DNA of 61,391 bases, the filler included, from Blastocystis sp. subtype 4 (taxonomy: Eukaryota): the NCBI RefSeq assembly GCF_000743755.1. It is 6 parts of 6 records of this genome, joined end to end, with 100 filler letters (N's around TTAATTAATTAA, not from the genome) between each part and the next. Parts side by side here need not be neighbours in the genome. Positions count along the whole stretch, not along the records: positions 41,095 to 51,205 come from NW_014569211.1; positions 51,306 to 61,391 come from NW_014569210.1; 4 more parts are not named here. One strand, written 5' to 3'. The translations under genes were made by a program, and so were the position numbers. Below the pieces are notes generated by a model. The model searched no databases and was not told the DNA's origin. It saw only the letters and a program-made list of their open reading frames with translations. Position 1 is the first letter of the stretch; each line of letters begins with the position of its first letter. Shown here piece after piece: positions 43,252-57,312 of the stretch.

Positions 43252-44848
43252 TTACCACCAATCCATCTTCTTCAGTTCTTTGCGAATTGCTCTTTCCTCT
43301 TCCATTTGGACTTTGAGTCCATTCCAATCAGCAGTCAGTAGCTTATGTACAGCCTGTCCACGAGTCTCTTCCAGATTTGTCTGCATTTCATTCATCTCTC
43401 ATTCTCCTACCAACAGCGACTCCAATGTTACTTCCTCAGGTTCTTCCACAACAACCTCCTCTTCCACCTCCTTAACTTCTTCTATCTTCTCCTCTGCCTT
43501 CTCCTCTGCCTTCTCCTCTGCCTTCTCTTCCTCTTTCTCTTCCTCTTTCTCTTCTTCATCCATCTTATCATCAAAGAGAGCTTCATTCACCTTCACTTCC
43601 ACGTAATCATCAACATAGAAATAGAACTATTCTCAGCATCCTTCTCTCTTCTCCTACCTTCTTTGCTTTCTGTTGACGTTCCACAATAGCCATCAACTTG
43701 ACAAAGTCATAAATACCCATTCTCAACTCAGGATCAGCCTTCAAATAATCCAAAATAGGAGTCTTCGTGATAGATCGATCTTCTGATGAGAAGAGTTTAT
43801 TCGCAAAATTAGGAATAAATGCTGAAGTGTAATAAGTTTCCTTGGTCTTTTCTTGAAGTGTCTGAATGAAGTCAATCACAGCACCAACAGGGATATAAAA
43901 CTCTTCTGTTCATCAGTCAATCCATCATTCATTACTGCCACTCTTCTTACGCTGAGAATCAAACAGACGTGAAGCTGCTTGAGCCATGTAATCAGTCATA
44001 GGAGATACTCCGAAGTAACGTTCACCCTTCATATCAATGACATTCTAAATAGGTACAATGATATAAACATTGAACATATTCTCTTGTTTACTGAATTCAG
44101 AGAACATCTCCACTAGTGCTTCATCTGTCACAGGACCCTTTCCATCAATATCAACTCCAAGTGTAGTAAACCACTATGGTTGATCGATGAATCTACATAT
44201 ACCTGTCCGAAGAAGGAAATAACATCTTCCATCGTTTTGAAATTATGGGGATTCTCTGAGTGGTAAGAAAACGAATAAATCCCATACTGTGAAGAATCTC
44301 ATAAATCAGTCTGTCAACGTAGGTATTGAACATGTAGTTATCATACTATAAATTATGATTTAACGAGAAAAGACAGACCTTCGATTCGAGATCCTTAGGA
44401 ACCAGATAAAGAGTCTGGAGTAGATCCGATCCGTTTCCTCCCTTAGCTCCATTAATACAGGCAAGATGATCGTTGTTGGTGTGGTAACGATACAAACCAC
44501 CAGCACCTAGCAATACCACAAGCGAACCAACTACAATCTTTGTTCCCTTTCCACTCTACTCATAAATAATCCTATTTGAATTCACCTTCTTTGGACCATT
44601 GGGAGCCTTAGGAGTAGGAGCAGCCTTAGGAGCAGAAGCAGCCTTCGAGGCTGTAGACTGAGCAGTCTTCGCAGCTGTAGCTTCAGCTGCCACTTTCTTG
44701 CCGACATTAGCAGCATCAGCAGAGGATTTGTCGGCAGCAGCTTTCGCTTCAGTTGTCATGAAGCGCTATCACGTAATTTCATTTGCATACTCATTACACA
44801 AAGATATCGCGAAGAACGTCTCAACGTATTTACAGCAAGTCTTTGCAT
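43252..44848 (-). CDS. Hypothetical protein with mitochondrial-type presequence, one TM helix and an acidic repeat region
   Basis: Spliced MQRLAVNTLRRSSRYLC-RFMTTEAK...KIVVGSLVVLLGAGGLY; EEKA repeats; ends KKMDWW*. Confidence 0.65.
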
Positions 44849-45001
44849 CCGTACTAGATATAACTCAAGGAAGCATATACAGATCACATTAAAAAAGAAA
44901 CAAGAAACTGTTATCTGTTTCAAAACTGAAAAATGGAGATTCTCCAACAAACACATAGCAAGTACATACAACAACTAAAGAGAAGATATGCCTCCAATGT
45001 A

Positions 45002-45811
45002 TCAATTACGACTTGATGAAGGAGGACAAAGAGGATAACACTTAACGGACATACTAGCTTTTCTTCCCACAAACTCTCCAGGGCATGGAAACATGGGTTT
45101 AGATCGAAGTACAGGTTGATCACGAGGATACTCTTTCTTCTGAGCTAAACCTCAGTTCTATTCCACATCCATACAACTACAGGACTGTGAAGACGATCGA
45201 CGAATTAAATTCATGTTGTTCCGTAGAAGTGTCCCAGGAGGCGGATCAACAACAGCACACTGAAGGACGGGACACATAGAAATGGGTACGTTTGGAAGAA
45301 CCTGGTAACATGGATTGCATTGGGTGGGAGGGTAAGAACATTTACAACACCTCTGAAGACAAATGTTGACACGAATACCCCCTAGAGACGGATCTTGTTT
45401 GCCATAACTTGTCAATGGAATAAGAAAACCTATTCTTCAACTATGTGGAGAAAGAAAACGATGATCACCAGAAGGTATCCTTTCACAATCGATTACAGCT
45501 TCTCCTATATACTTTTCGCTAAAGAGCCTCTGGTCAAAACTAATCCTCATGAACCACAAAGGCACCAACACTTCGATCTTAATGATGTTGCAGTTCCCAG
45601 AGAAACAGAGAGAACAATTCCAAACTATTGTCGACGAAAGTAACTACCACATACTAGGATTATGTCCACTATCATGAATAACAGAAGTTTTATAACTGTT
45701 GCTACCATAATTGATCCTTGCGAAAGCATCCATCTTCCCAAGTGTACTAACATCATGCAGATTCTGTGCTCCAATGATTACTAATCTGATCTGGTAGAGG
45801 TACAGAGTCAT
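45002..45811 (-). CDS. C2-domain protein with Cys/Pro-rich tail (N-terminal C2 exon missed by the ORF track)
   Basis: MTLYLYQIRLVIIGAQNLHDVSTLGKMDAFARINYGSNSYKTSVIHDSGHNP-VWN...YIGEAVID. Confidence 0.78.
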
Positions 45812-45945
45812 ATCAATAACTAGGAGCCAATCAATACCACATTCAAAAAAAGTGTTCCATACGACACACGATATGGAAAGAGAACGGTTCTTAATCTGTA
45901 CTAACTATGCATTCCATATTCTGCCGTGTTTCTTTCTTTTTCTTC

Positions 45946-46219
45946 AGTTTTGGTTAAGGCTTGCTATGGTCGTTCTCTGATGTCGTGTTAGAGCCACGTC
46001 ATTGTGAGGTTTAGCGACTAGGGAAATTCCCCGGACCATCATGGCAGAGAGTGCCGTTCTGAAAGGAATACTAGTAGCAGTGGGTTCATGGCGATGACAT
46101 CTGGAGTCTACGTATCAACTGCTGCGAATTGGTCATGATCAAAGTTATGCAGGCAACCTTGTGACTAACAACGTATTGGTCACAGGGCGAACTCAATGGG
46201 GCTTACTCTTTCCAAAACT
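45946..46219 (+). ncRNA. RNase MRP RNA (about 274 nt)
   Basis: P1 agttttgg/ccaaaact; P2 gcttgc/gcaggc; P3 tggtcgtt/agcgacta; CR-I gggaaattccccgg (46021); MRP-specific P8 ggca-gagag-tgcc (46043-46055); CR-IV agttatgcagg; P19 hairpin 46157-46187; CR-V aactcaatggggcttactc. Confidence 0.93.
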
Positions 46220-46246
46220 CAACGTTAGGTGTTTGTTTCAAACAGG

Positions 46247-47915
<1,669 letters not shown>

Positions 47916-48002
47916 TGTCTTTCCAAATGACAATCCCTATGGAACGAAACAATAACCGTGATTCCTCAAATGGACATGAAAAGCGTTCCTGCAACAAACA
48001 AC

Positions 48003-48555
48003 TCAGACACGACGTTTATTTTCGTATCGAATCTTAGGACCCGTGAAGGAAATTGAGCCCGTTTTCCGTTTCATCTTGAGTATGGCCATGCGTTTCATAC
48101 GTCTCTCCTTGGCCTTTCTCTTGATGTCAGATCTCAGGAATTCCTCCAAGTAGTCATTTAAGTTTCCCTTTGGAGCCAATGACACTTCAAAAGCAGCAAC
48201 AGGAGGCAACTCCAACTCAGGCATATCTCGTGAACTCACATCCACTGAATATGATTCAAGAGGAGAGGTTGTCGAAGAAATCAGGGTTGGACTGTCCTGC
48301 GTACTGTAGGAGTAACCACTGGGATCCATAACATCTTGACCCAGGGAAAATGCAACTTCACCAGGAGTCTCAGATACAGGCAGGAGAAGACTGTCTTCAG
48401 GTTGATCCTGAAGACACAAAACGCTAGGGCTGCGACCATCCTATTTCATCGCCGAAGCGATTATCCAGCCACAAACTATTGTGACTGGCTAATTCGTTGA
48501 AACCCTGATTGTCGGGAGTGGCGTTGTTATAGAAAAAATCGTCAAAGCAAAACAT
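48003..48555 (-). CDS. Protein ending in a partial CCT-like basic motif; 5' structure uncertain
   Basis: C-terminal ERRMKRMAILKMKRKTGSISFTGPKIRYENKRRV*. Confidence 0.55.
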
Positions 48556-49062
48556 CTCAGGTCCACAAAGTTAGTAGTCACAAAAAAAGAATGATTAGTG
48601 AATGAAGAATGTGCCGTCGTTGCTAATAAAACTATCGCACTCATTGCGTTTATCTCGTTTCTCGCTCCCTCGGTTTGCTTTTGAAGCAAAATGCTGGTAG
48701 ACCAAAAGGATATTCTTCTAGTATATCACTAGTTCGTTAAAAGTGAATCGTGATAATGACATACCTCGTTTCCGCCATACTGCTAATGTCTTCAGTATAG
48801 GGACAATGTAAGTGGTTTTGACAAGAGAGCTAAGTTTTCAATAACTATATCAGATAACGAAAGCTGTCGGTTATTCTTCAAAGGATACCTCAGTATTTGT
48901 TTATGAAAACATGCAGTACTGTTCAAAAGTACTGATGATCCTCATCGTTGATCAAAGGTTGGAATGAAATTGTTTGTTCTATATCACAAAATCCATAACA
49001 AGTAGATTCACACAGAAAATAGCCTAAAGAACTGAAAAGAACTAATCATATCAAATCTTCAA

Positions 49063-51074
49063 ATGGATCTGATACAAGCATACCAGGATGAGGACAGTGA
49101 TTCAAAGAAAATGGAGGGATCTGATGAACTGCCTCAGCCTGTCTTGAAGAAGATGCATGTGAATGTGGCTCCAGAAGTGTCAGTGAAAAGCCAGGTTCAT
49201 TGTTATTCAGTTACATAATAATTAGCCCGATTATACAATGACTGTGGGAAAAAGCAAGAATGTACTCAAATACAATCCAACTGTCGATAAAATGTATGCC
49301 CCTACTGTTGTATGTAGTTTCAATAGTATATTAATGGGTAGGGACCGGAAGCTCCTTTCTTTGCTAATCCACTGGCTTCAGGAGAAGCCAATGTTACAAC
49401 TGGGTATGTTGAGGTAAGTTGTACCAATTATTGATGAGATTAGAGTGCCAATATCGAAGGATTCAATTTCAAAGAACAATTTCAAACATTTAACAATTTC
49501 GGCTACGCGACGGCTCCTGATGGCTCTGGCGCTGTCGTTGGTAATAAATGGCTCCATGAGAAGTTTGGAGGTAAAACTGTATTTGACACACGTCGTTCAG
49601 AGTTTGCAAAGGACTTGAAACGACGAAGAGAACCGACAGGGGATGGTAAGTGCGTTTCGTTCATCTTCACAAGTAGCTTCAGATGTGGATAATTGGAAGG
49701 GTCCTTGGGCAGGATATGAGGGAGAAAAAGTTGACCGAATGACTTCTGAAGAGAAAGTGCGAATTGTTAAGAATATGTGATTCTAGGGAGAAATGACAGA
49801 GTGGCAACGTGTATGGCTTCAACGGAACAAGGATAAGAAGATTCGAGAAGTTTTTGTTGTAACATGGTTTGATGAATAGTGGATTCGCACAGGAAAAGTG
49901 GAAGAGAATCCAGAGGAGGAAGGTCGCCCTGTGGATCCCTTTGAGCCTGAAGGAACAGGAATTCCGATTGATCAGACAAGGACCAAGTTCCATGGTAAGG
50001 AAGAGAAAGATTATCAGGGCCGTTCGTGGATTGTGGCTCCAAGTGACGTCAAACCTGTGGATAATCCTCACTCATATCTTCCTAAGAAAACAATCCATAA
50101 ATGGTATTCCAGAAATAGTTCCGTTATTTGTAGGACAGGTCATACAGGTCCTGTGCAATGTATTGAGTTCTTCCCAGTCACAGGTCATTTGTTGATCTCT
50201 GGAGGTAATGACACGAAGGTGAAGATTTGGGATGTGTTCAACAAGAGAAATGTGAAGCGAACGTGAGTGTGAAGACGGAATATGATGACTAGGTATATGG
50301 GTCATACAGCTGAGGTTCGTTGGGTTGCTTTCAGCAGTGACGGTACGACATTCTTATCAGCTTCTTTTGATCGGAATATCAAGTTGTGGGACACAGAGAC
50401 AGGCAAGTGTATTGGAAACTACTCCAAAGGGTCGATTCCGTTCCAGTCAGTATGGGCTCCTACCGATCCTAATGCATTTTTGGCTCCTTGTCAGGATTCG
50501 TGTACACATCAGTTCGATATTCGTACTGGAGAGGTAGGAGTAGATTCCCATGGTTATGGATAGTGTACAATGTCATATAATTATCATGAAGCAGCAGTCA
50601 ATGCAGTTTGTTTCTATGAGCATGGAAGGAAGTTTGTGTCAACATCAGATGATCGTAAGATGTTGTGTTGGGACTATGGTTACAACCCTCCAACTCGATA
50701 TATTCAAGAGACGTATATGTCTTCAATGCCTGCATTGAAGCTGCATCCCTCAGGTGACTATATCCTGTGTAGTGCGTTGAATAATCAGATTGCTGTGTAC
50801 AAGTGTATGGATACTGTGGTACATCATCCAAGAAAACGGTTTAATGGACATAAGGTGGGAGGATTTGCATTACAGCCAACATGTTCACCTGATGGAGAGT
50901 TTGTTGGGTGTGGTGATTGTGAAGGCAATTTGTGGTTCTGGAGCTGGAAGACATGCAAGGTGTTGAACAAAATGCCTGGTCATGTGGGTGCTGTTGCTTG
51001 TGTAGACTGGCATCCTGTAGAAAGTAGTTATGTGGCTAGTAGTGGTTGGGATGGAGTCATCAAATTGTGGGATT
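49063..51074 (+). CDS. CDC40: Pre-mRNA processing factor 17 (WD40); stop completed by polyadenylation
   Basis: [50 protein letters not shown] then T|TGTG TGTTTGTT. Confidence 0.95.
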
Positions 51075-51078
51075 TGTG

Positions 51079-51086
51079 TGTTTGTT
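51079..51086 (+). terminator. TGTTTGTT 3'-end/polyadenylation motif (representative instance)
   Basis: Also at 10100, 12566, 24287, 30672, 31031, 39440, 43197, 46230, 54938 and 57110 (+) and at 44946-44953, 47993-48000, 51106-51113 and 57301-57308 (-), always just past a gene end. Confidence 0.9.
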
Positions 51087-51150
51087 TCAAATACTCCAAC
51101 TCTTCAACAAACAATCTCCAAAATCGACATACCATTGATCATTGATCTGC

Positions 51151-51204
51151 TTAAGGTTCAATACGTCCACGCACACGTCCAGTACGACGAGCAGCAATGA
51201 GACC
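51151..51204 (-). CDS. RPL8: 60S ribosomal protein L8 (uL2), C-terminal fragment
   Basis: GLIAARRTGRVRGRIEP*, the conserved uL2 tail. Confidence 0.88.
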   Translation of the reverse strand, partial: GLIAARRTGRVRGRIEP

Positions 51205-51409
51205 ANNNNNNNNNNNNNNNNNNNNNNNNNNNNNNNNNNNNNNNNNNNNTTAATTAATTAANNNNNNNNNNNNNNNNNNNNNNNNNNNNNNNNNNNNNNN
51301 NNNNNTGGTGTGAATACGTATAGAAGGGATTATATTGAGATGTTTATATGATATGTTTGTTACAATCATTTGTTCACAATTCACTTATATCAGTAACAAA
51401 CACACCAAA

Positions 51410-52066
51410 CTAACAACTGGGATTTTCAACCTCTAAAGCAAGGTTATTCAATACTCCTTGAATTTGAGGGGCAAGGGAGAGAAGAAGAGCCTCATTTTTT
51501 TCCTAGTCAATCATTCCAGATCGATTAAACAACATGACAAAGGATTGTCGTGATAAGGAACGAATTGTAAATAGACATTACGAGACGATTCTTGTATACT
51601 GATAGAACGACAGATAGATTACCCACTTTGAGTCGTCGAGTCTAAATAGAAATACATTCAAAGTTCTCACTTGCTCCGCAACAATAGCCAGACAAACAGG
51701 AAACTCAACTTCTTCAGAGCCAATGTCAATTGTTGAAACTGGATTAATTACTATCCATTTAGACGATTGCATATATATCACCTCTCATGAGAGGAACTCC
51801 GTCCGCAGTACTTGCAATCACAACATCAATGAAAGGAAAACTACAGATGATTTCTGAATAAGGGATCTACCGAAGCATTAGATCTGAAAATGGTTTCTCC
51901 ATCTGGGGATTCTATACTGAAGGATTGTCAACAAACTCACTCTCTCTAATTGTGGAAGGCTTCTCTAAATCATTAGAATTACTTTGAACAAACTACCATC
52001 ATAATCTGGTTGAATTGAATAAGATCGATCGAATTGACAACACGGTTTTCCTTCGATTCTCCGCCA
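51410..52066 (-). CDS. Possible small spliced hypothetical gene
   Basis: ATG near 52066, several GT-AG segments of about 30 nt and a minus-strand TGTTTGTT at 51395-51402; no recognisable domain. Confidence 0.3.
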
Positions 52067-52144
52067 TCTCCTTTGTCTCGTCGTTTCTGTTCTCTTTTCC
52101 TGTTTCTTGTCAGATTCTATACTGTAGTAGTTTCTGTGAAAGGA

Positions 52145-54929
52145 ATGTCGGATTCAAAGTCAGTATCTTCCGAATTAGCAGAACCCTACCTGAATTATTC
52201 TCGTCTTCAAGGTGATGTTGAAATCGTTGGGATTTTCTCGAAATAGTTAATGAATTTAGAACGCTGAGAAGGAGTCATATACATGTGTCGCTGTTCACCA
52301 AAGATATCTCGCTTTGGGAACGAATTCTGGAATGGTGATGCTTTTCAACTCAAAAAACAAATTGTTTAAGATTCTAAAGGCTCATGTTGGTCGAGTGAAT
52401 GCAATTTCTGTCGACAAAAGTGGTGACACGATTGCTACTGCGGGAGAGGACGGATTTGTATATATCTATATTCTTTCCGAAGACAGTCGCATTTCACATA
52501 AATATGTGACAGCAGTTCGGGTAGGTTTTCATGTGTCGTTTGATTGCTAGGCTGTTCGACTGGATTGTGCTTCAAAGGAGAAGATGTTTGTATGTGGTGG
52601 ATTGAAAGGCCAGTTGATCTTGAACAAGAAGAGTTGGTTTACCTATCAAGATATCGTGGTTCATGAAAATGAAGGACCTATTTCTACAATTGCTTATTCC
52701 TATCCATTTGTTGCTTGGTGTAGTGAATACGGTACCAATATATACAATATTGAAACAGAAACAAAGGTATTCTTTGTACCCAAACCCAAAGATGTCCCTG
52801 AAACGAGCCTCTGTAACCCTCGTCTGTGCTGGTATGGAAACTCACGTCTTTGTATTGGCTGGGGTGCTACATTGACTACAGTTCGAATGAATTTCAAGAC
52901 AGCAGCAGGAAATAAAGTGTGGTATGGAGAGATCACTAGTAGTTTACCTCTGGAGTATTGGGTTTGTGGACTTGGTATATATGATGATGACAATATTACC
53001 ATCTTGGGGTATGATAAGCCTGAGACAGATTCCGACATTCAGCCTCCCTGTATTTATGTTGTGAATTGTCTTTCAGGTGTCTGTGCAAGTGAAGAGTGTT
53101 TGCCGATCAAAGGATATGAACACTATTCATGTAAGGATTATCAGCTTGAGAGTAATGTAACATCTCCCACTTCATCACCACTTCCTTTGTACTTAGTTTC
53201 TCCTCATTCTGTTGTCCGTATCACTCCTCGTACGCCTCAGGATCATGTGGATTGGGCAGTCCAACATGAGGATTATGAGCGTGCTCTTCAGATCCTAAGT
53301 GATCGTTCCAATGGCTTCTCTCCTGAACGTGTTGCTGATATGCATGAGCAGCATCTCGAGTATCTTTTCTCCTCTAACCAGATTGAGAAAGCTGCTGCAC
53401 TTTGTCCCACTTATTTAGGGAAGGATGAGAGTCTTTGGGAGCGATGGATTGCTCGTTTCAATGGATTGAACAAGTTGCAGTTGCTTCTCCCTTATATTCC
53501 TCTTTCAGAGCCACGTCTTCCTCTCCCTGTTTATACTCTGATTCTGAACTATTTCTTATACAATGATATTCCTTCCTTCCTCTCCCTTATTCGCTCTTGG
53601 CCGAAGCCTGTAGGTGATCCATCTGATCTCTATGATCCTTACGCTTTGCTGGCATTACTGGAGGTGATGAAGAAAACAAAGCGGGAATCTGCAGTGCAGG
53701 AATCCTTGGCTGAACTCTATGCAATGACTTCCCAATATGACAAAGCTATCAAGATGTATCTCGATAGTAATATGACCAATACTGAGGGATCCCCACTTTT
53801 CGATTGGATCGAAACGCATCATCTGATTGAATTGGTGAAGACGAATGTCCTCCAGTTATTCCGTCTGAATAGCAAGCAAGCCTCGGTTCTATTATGTAGT
53901 CATATGAATGAAGTGAAAGTGGGTGAGTAGATGGAGAATAATACATAGCCCCAAGATGTAATCAAACAACTAGGGAATGAGCCCAGCTATCAGCAAGAGT
54001 ACTTGCATGAGCTATTCTGCTCGCATACTTCCGAGTACAATACAGAGGAATTTAAGTCTCTCCATGCCTTACAATTGGATCTCCTGATCCAGTTCAATTC
54101 CCCTGATCTCCTGTTTTTCTTAGAGACTTCACAGGAGTATGATGTACCAACAGCTCTCAACAAGTGTCTACACAGCTCACAACCACATACACGCGAAGTC
54201 ATCTATTTGTACTCGCGTCTGGGAGATACGACGCGTGCTCTCCAGATGATCGTCCAGGACCTTGGAGATGTAGACATGGCTCTGGAGTTTGTGCAGAAGT
54301 GGAAAGATCGAGACCTCTGGGATGATCTGGTCACATACTCAGTGGTGAAGCCAGAGTTTGTAGGAGGTAGATGTGAGAGAAGGGTTTAAGTGTAGCGTTG
54401 CTGGATCGTGCAGGCGAGTTTATCAATGCAATCACGTTGGTAGAGTGTATTCCTGAGGGAATGGAGATTCCTCAACTGAAGGAGCGATTAGTTCACGTAC
54501 TTGATAACTATTCACTGGAGTTGGAGTTACGTCAAGGATGTAACACAATCTTAACTTCTGATATGGCTGAGTTGTATGAGAGATTGTGAGACACTGGCAC
54601 TCCCTGTAATGTGTAGAGTAAAGGCGAAGATGGCTGGAATCCGACTAGATCCAACGGCTGTATGTACTATCTGTCAGCAAGAGTTGTTCCAGATTCGAAA
54701 AGCAACGCGTACATGTCCTCCTCCTGCTGTGGTGGCCTTCTACTGTTCTCATTTGTATCATCGAAGTTGTTTAGAGCATGTTTGCGGTAGATTCGATGAT
54801 AAAGCTGAAGGAGAGCCAGTGAAATTGCGGTGTATTCGTTGTGAGAGTGGAGATACGTCGGAAGCGCACGAGGGTCAGGATGTGTTAGAAATGGCCTTTG
54901 AATTACAGCCTGATATAGACGATGAGTGA
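52145..54929 (+). CDS. VPS41: HOPS subunit Vps41
   Basis: EPYLNYSRL, WD40 region, PRTPQDHVDW, clathrin-repeat region, DLWDDLVTYS, IPEGMEIPQLK, C-terminal RING (CTIC...FYCSHLYHRSC...C). Confidence 0.93.
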
Positions 54930-54989
54930 AAGTGAAATGTTTGTTGACTCAATTCGCATTCCTTGATTGCATTGTCATTTATTGTGAAG

Positions 54990-57107
54990 ATGTCGGATAA
55001 GCGACAGCAGAAAGTTCAAGACTCCCAATTCTTACCAGAAGCAAAAGAACGACAGTTTCAAACGGTGGTGGTAAGGAAAGACAAAGTTCATGAATTTGTA
55101 GAAAGCATATGAAAAACAAGAATGGGCAAAGGGACTAAAGTTAATTGAGCCATTAAGTAAGGAATTCCCTGAAAATGGAAGTAGGGTACTTGCGATACAT
55201 TGCAATACCTAGAGATAATTTCGATGAAAGCAATTTTGAAGTTTAATATCGATAAGAATACAGAGGAAGCAGAAAAGGGATTAAAGAAGGGAATAACCCT
55301 TGGTCGTCGTACGAGTTTGACCTGGCATCTCTATGGAATTTATCAGCGTTCTCAAAAGTTTGATTCGAAGGAGATGTTGATGTGTAGACGATATTCAGAT
55401 GCCAAAAAAGCTTTTCAGTTTGCACACACTCTTGACCCAAAGAATATCCAGGTTATCATTGACTTATCGGAGTTACAGATCCAAGTTCGTGATTTTGCCG
55501 GATATCGCACATCCAAGCAGAAGTTAATCAACGAGAGAGGTGGAAATCACGCTTATTGGTTGGGATTTATGACAGGTGCATATTTGGATGCTAAGTATGA
55601 TCTCTGTCGCGATATTATCTCCACCTTTCGAGACACCCTTGAAGACAAACCGTCGTACATGCGTCAAGAGCTGGTATTTTTGGAAACGCAATGTTTTATG
55701 GTTGAAAAGAAATGGCGGGAAGCAATTGGTGTTTTAGAGAAGGGCATGAAGGATGTGTTAAATGTTGATAAGGCAAAGGAGATGTTAGCTGTTTTATATG
55801 GATATGTGGGAGAGAAAGAGAAGAGTGAGGCATTGTGGAAGGAATTGCTTGATATTTGTGAAGAGAATTACCTGTATTATCGCGGTTTGGAGTGTTGTGT
55901 ACTTGATTTGTGGAATACATTTGACTCCTACAAGGGAATGGAATTACCCTCGGGACAGAAACTGTTGGAGGATCAGCGGATATCTCTTCGTTCTCTCTAT
56001 CGTGATTTGCAGGCAAAATATCCTCGTAGTAATGCGGTGTCGTTTATCCAACTCGCTTTCCTGGAGGGAGAGGAGTTCAAGGAGTTCTTGAATCGGATGA
56101 TCATGAAGGCAGTACGGAAAGGAGTTCCTTCCTTCTTTAGCTGTCTGAAGACGCTGGTTAAGAAGAATCCTGCAAAACTAGAGGTATTGAAGCAGTTGGT
56201 GATTGGCCACTATGATTCACTAACATCGTGTGGTCATTTGAATGAGGAGACAGAAGAGGAAGAACCACAGGTGGAGCTGTGGTTGCTGTTTCTCTTGGCT
56301 CAGATCGAGGACTGTGAAGGCCATTTCGAGAAGGCTCTGTCCTATCTTGAAGCAGCATTGAAGCACACTCCAACATGCTATGATGTGTATGTGGTGAAAG
56401 CCAAGGTGTTACGTCATGCAGGAGATTTAGTTGGTGCTGCAAGTGCTATGGGCTCTGGAAGTCAGCTGGATTTGGGAGATCGTCATATGAATACGAAGCA
56501 TGTGAAGTACCTGTTGCGCAGCGATCAGATTGAGGAAGCTGACAAAGTTGTTTCCTACTGGACTCGAAAGGATGTCCCCTCTCGTATCGAACTGAATTCT
56601 CTCCAGGCGAACTGGTTTGAGGTAGAGTGTGGAGACAGTTATTGTCGTAAAGGCGACATTCCTCATGCTTTCAAGATGTATCACAATGTGCTGAATCATT
56701 TCAACACCTATGTGGATGATCAATTTGATTTCCATGGATATGTAATGAGGAAGGCAGTTGTAACAAGCTACATTGAGTTTCTTCATGATGTCGATTCGCT
56801 GTACAAGAACAAGTTCTACAAGCGAGCAGCAATGGGAGCAATTCGCTGTGCAATCAGTTTGGCACAAAACCCTATAAATGAAGTAGAATACAAGAAACAT
56901 TATCCTCTGTTGCATTATCCTAAAGTTCACAAGAAGGGAGCTGAGTATCGTGATGACGAGGATCCTGATGGCTTGAAATTGATTTCTGGAAAGGAACCTG
57001 AAGAGTGTGCTCGTAAAGCTGTGGAAGAGTTGTTACTGTATGCAAAGGATGATCCCGAGTGTATGAAGGTTGTGAAAGAATGGGAAGAAAGGAAGGAACG
57101 GAATTAA
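54990..57107 (+). CDS. NAA15: NatA auxiliary subunit (TPR)
   Basis: TWHLYG, LQIQVRD, KGVPSFF, HTPT, KAKVLRHAGD, LDLGDR, DDQFDFHGYVMRK, DEDPDG. Confidence 0.95.
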
Positions 57108-57312
57108 TTTGTTTGTTACGAAATTGATATCTTCAACAATGGAAATGGATTAATAACAATAATTATGTAGTAAAGAATAATTGGATAGGAATAATCACAT
57201 ACCAACTTATTCATTCCAATTAATGAAGGGTACCAAATTAGTCTTAATAATTCATTTCTATTATTGTTTACTGGAAAACTGACAAAATACAATAAATTTG
57301 AACAAACAGACC

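Noticed and set aside
45899..45947. TACTAAC plus pyrimidine tract plus CAG just before the MRP RNA, resembling a 3' splice or trans-splice acceptor
   Set aside because: Splicing there would remove the first two P1 bases, and local introns lack such branch/tract structure; an initiator reading fits better. Not fully excluded without 5' RACE.
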